A stretch of DNA of 63,856 bases, counting the filler, from Octopus bimaculoides (taxonomy: Eukaryota), in NCBI RefSeq assembly GCF_001194135.2. It is 7 parts of 7 records of this genome, joined end to end, with 100 filler letters (N's around TTAATTAATTAA, not from the genome) between each part and the next. Parts side by side here need not be neighbours in the genome. Positions count along the whole stretch, not along the records: positions 62,029 to 63,856 come from NW_026312419.1; 6 more parts are not named here. One strand, written 5' to 3'. Positions 63,406 to 63,856 of the stretch are shown here, piece after piece (positions within the stretch are counted from its first letter, which is position 1; each line of letters opens with the position of its first letter). The notes under the pieces are model-generated. The model saw nothing but the letters and a program-made list of their open reading frames with translations. It ran no database searches and was not told the DNA's origin. The position numbers and the translations under genes were made by a program.

Positions 63406-63856
63406 CATATATACACATGCAACTACAGAAATAGAGAGTTTTGTATGGAGAAGACAAAGAGAAAATCATAAATACGAGCGGACATGCAAATAGAAAATTA
63501 GAGAGAGAGAGAGGGGGGAACGGGGAGAGTAGTGTTGAAAAATAGAGTGAAAGAAAGAGAGAGAGGGGGAGGAGCGTGAGATGTTAGAAAGACTAAAAGA
63601 AGCGTGGATAGGTGAGAAGACGGAAGCCTGTTATGTCAATACTTACATAACAATTCTTACATTAACTTTTTATATTCACACATATACACACACACACACA
63701 CATTCAGACACACACATATATTCTTAGGCAAAAGATTAAACATGGCTACACGAAAAAAACTTAGCCGCACATAACCACAAGCATATATATATATGTGTTC
63801 ACGCATACACTGACGCAAGTGCGCACGTATAGCTACATCGTTGTACATAATCATTT

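Overview
AT-rich animal genomic DNA, most likely an octopus (inferred from the SINE/LINE repertoire and extreme microsatellite load). About one sixth of the window is assembly gap. The only host coding sequence I can support is two phase-compatible + strand exons (60082-60206, 61696-61867) encoding the third FN3 domain of an anosmin-1 (ANOS1/KAL1)-like protein. The rest is probably intron or upstream sequence, filled with tRNA-derived SINEs of at least three families, fragments of several retroelement clades (Penelope-like, RTE, CR1-like, HERO-like RLE, Dong/R4-like), a decayed piggyBac, Tc1/mariner and hAT MITEs, foldback elements and simple repeats. The most interesting object is a 341-bp insertion inside the piggyBac (36230-36570). 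It joins a tRNA-derived Pol III head to a minimal hammerhead ribozyme, is flanked by a perfect 14-bp target-site duplication, and carries an inverted copy of its own 3' end that starts at the predicted self-cleavage site. It looks like a SINE-ribozyme chimera mobilised by Penelope-like machinery. Repeat boundaries were read by eye and are approximate unless a TSD or TIR fixes them. All family assignments come from remembered motifs, not database searches.
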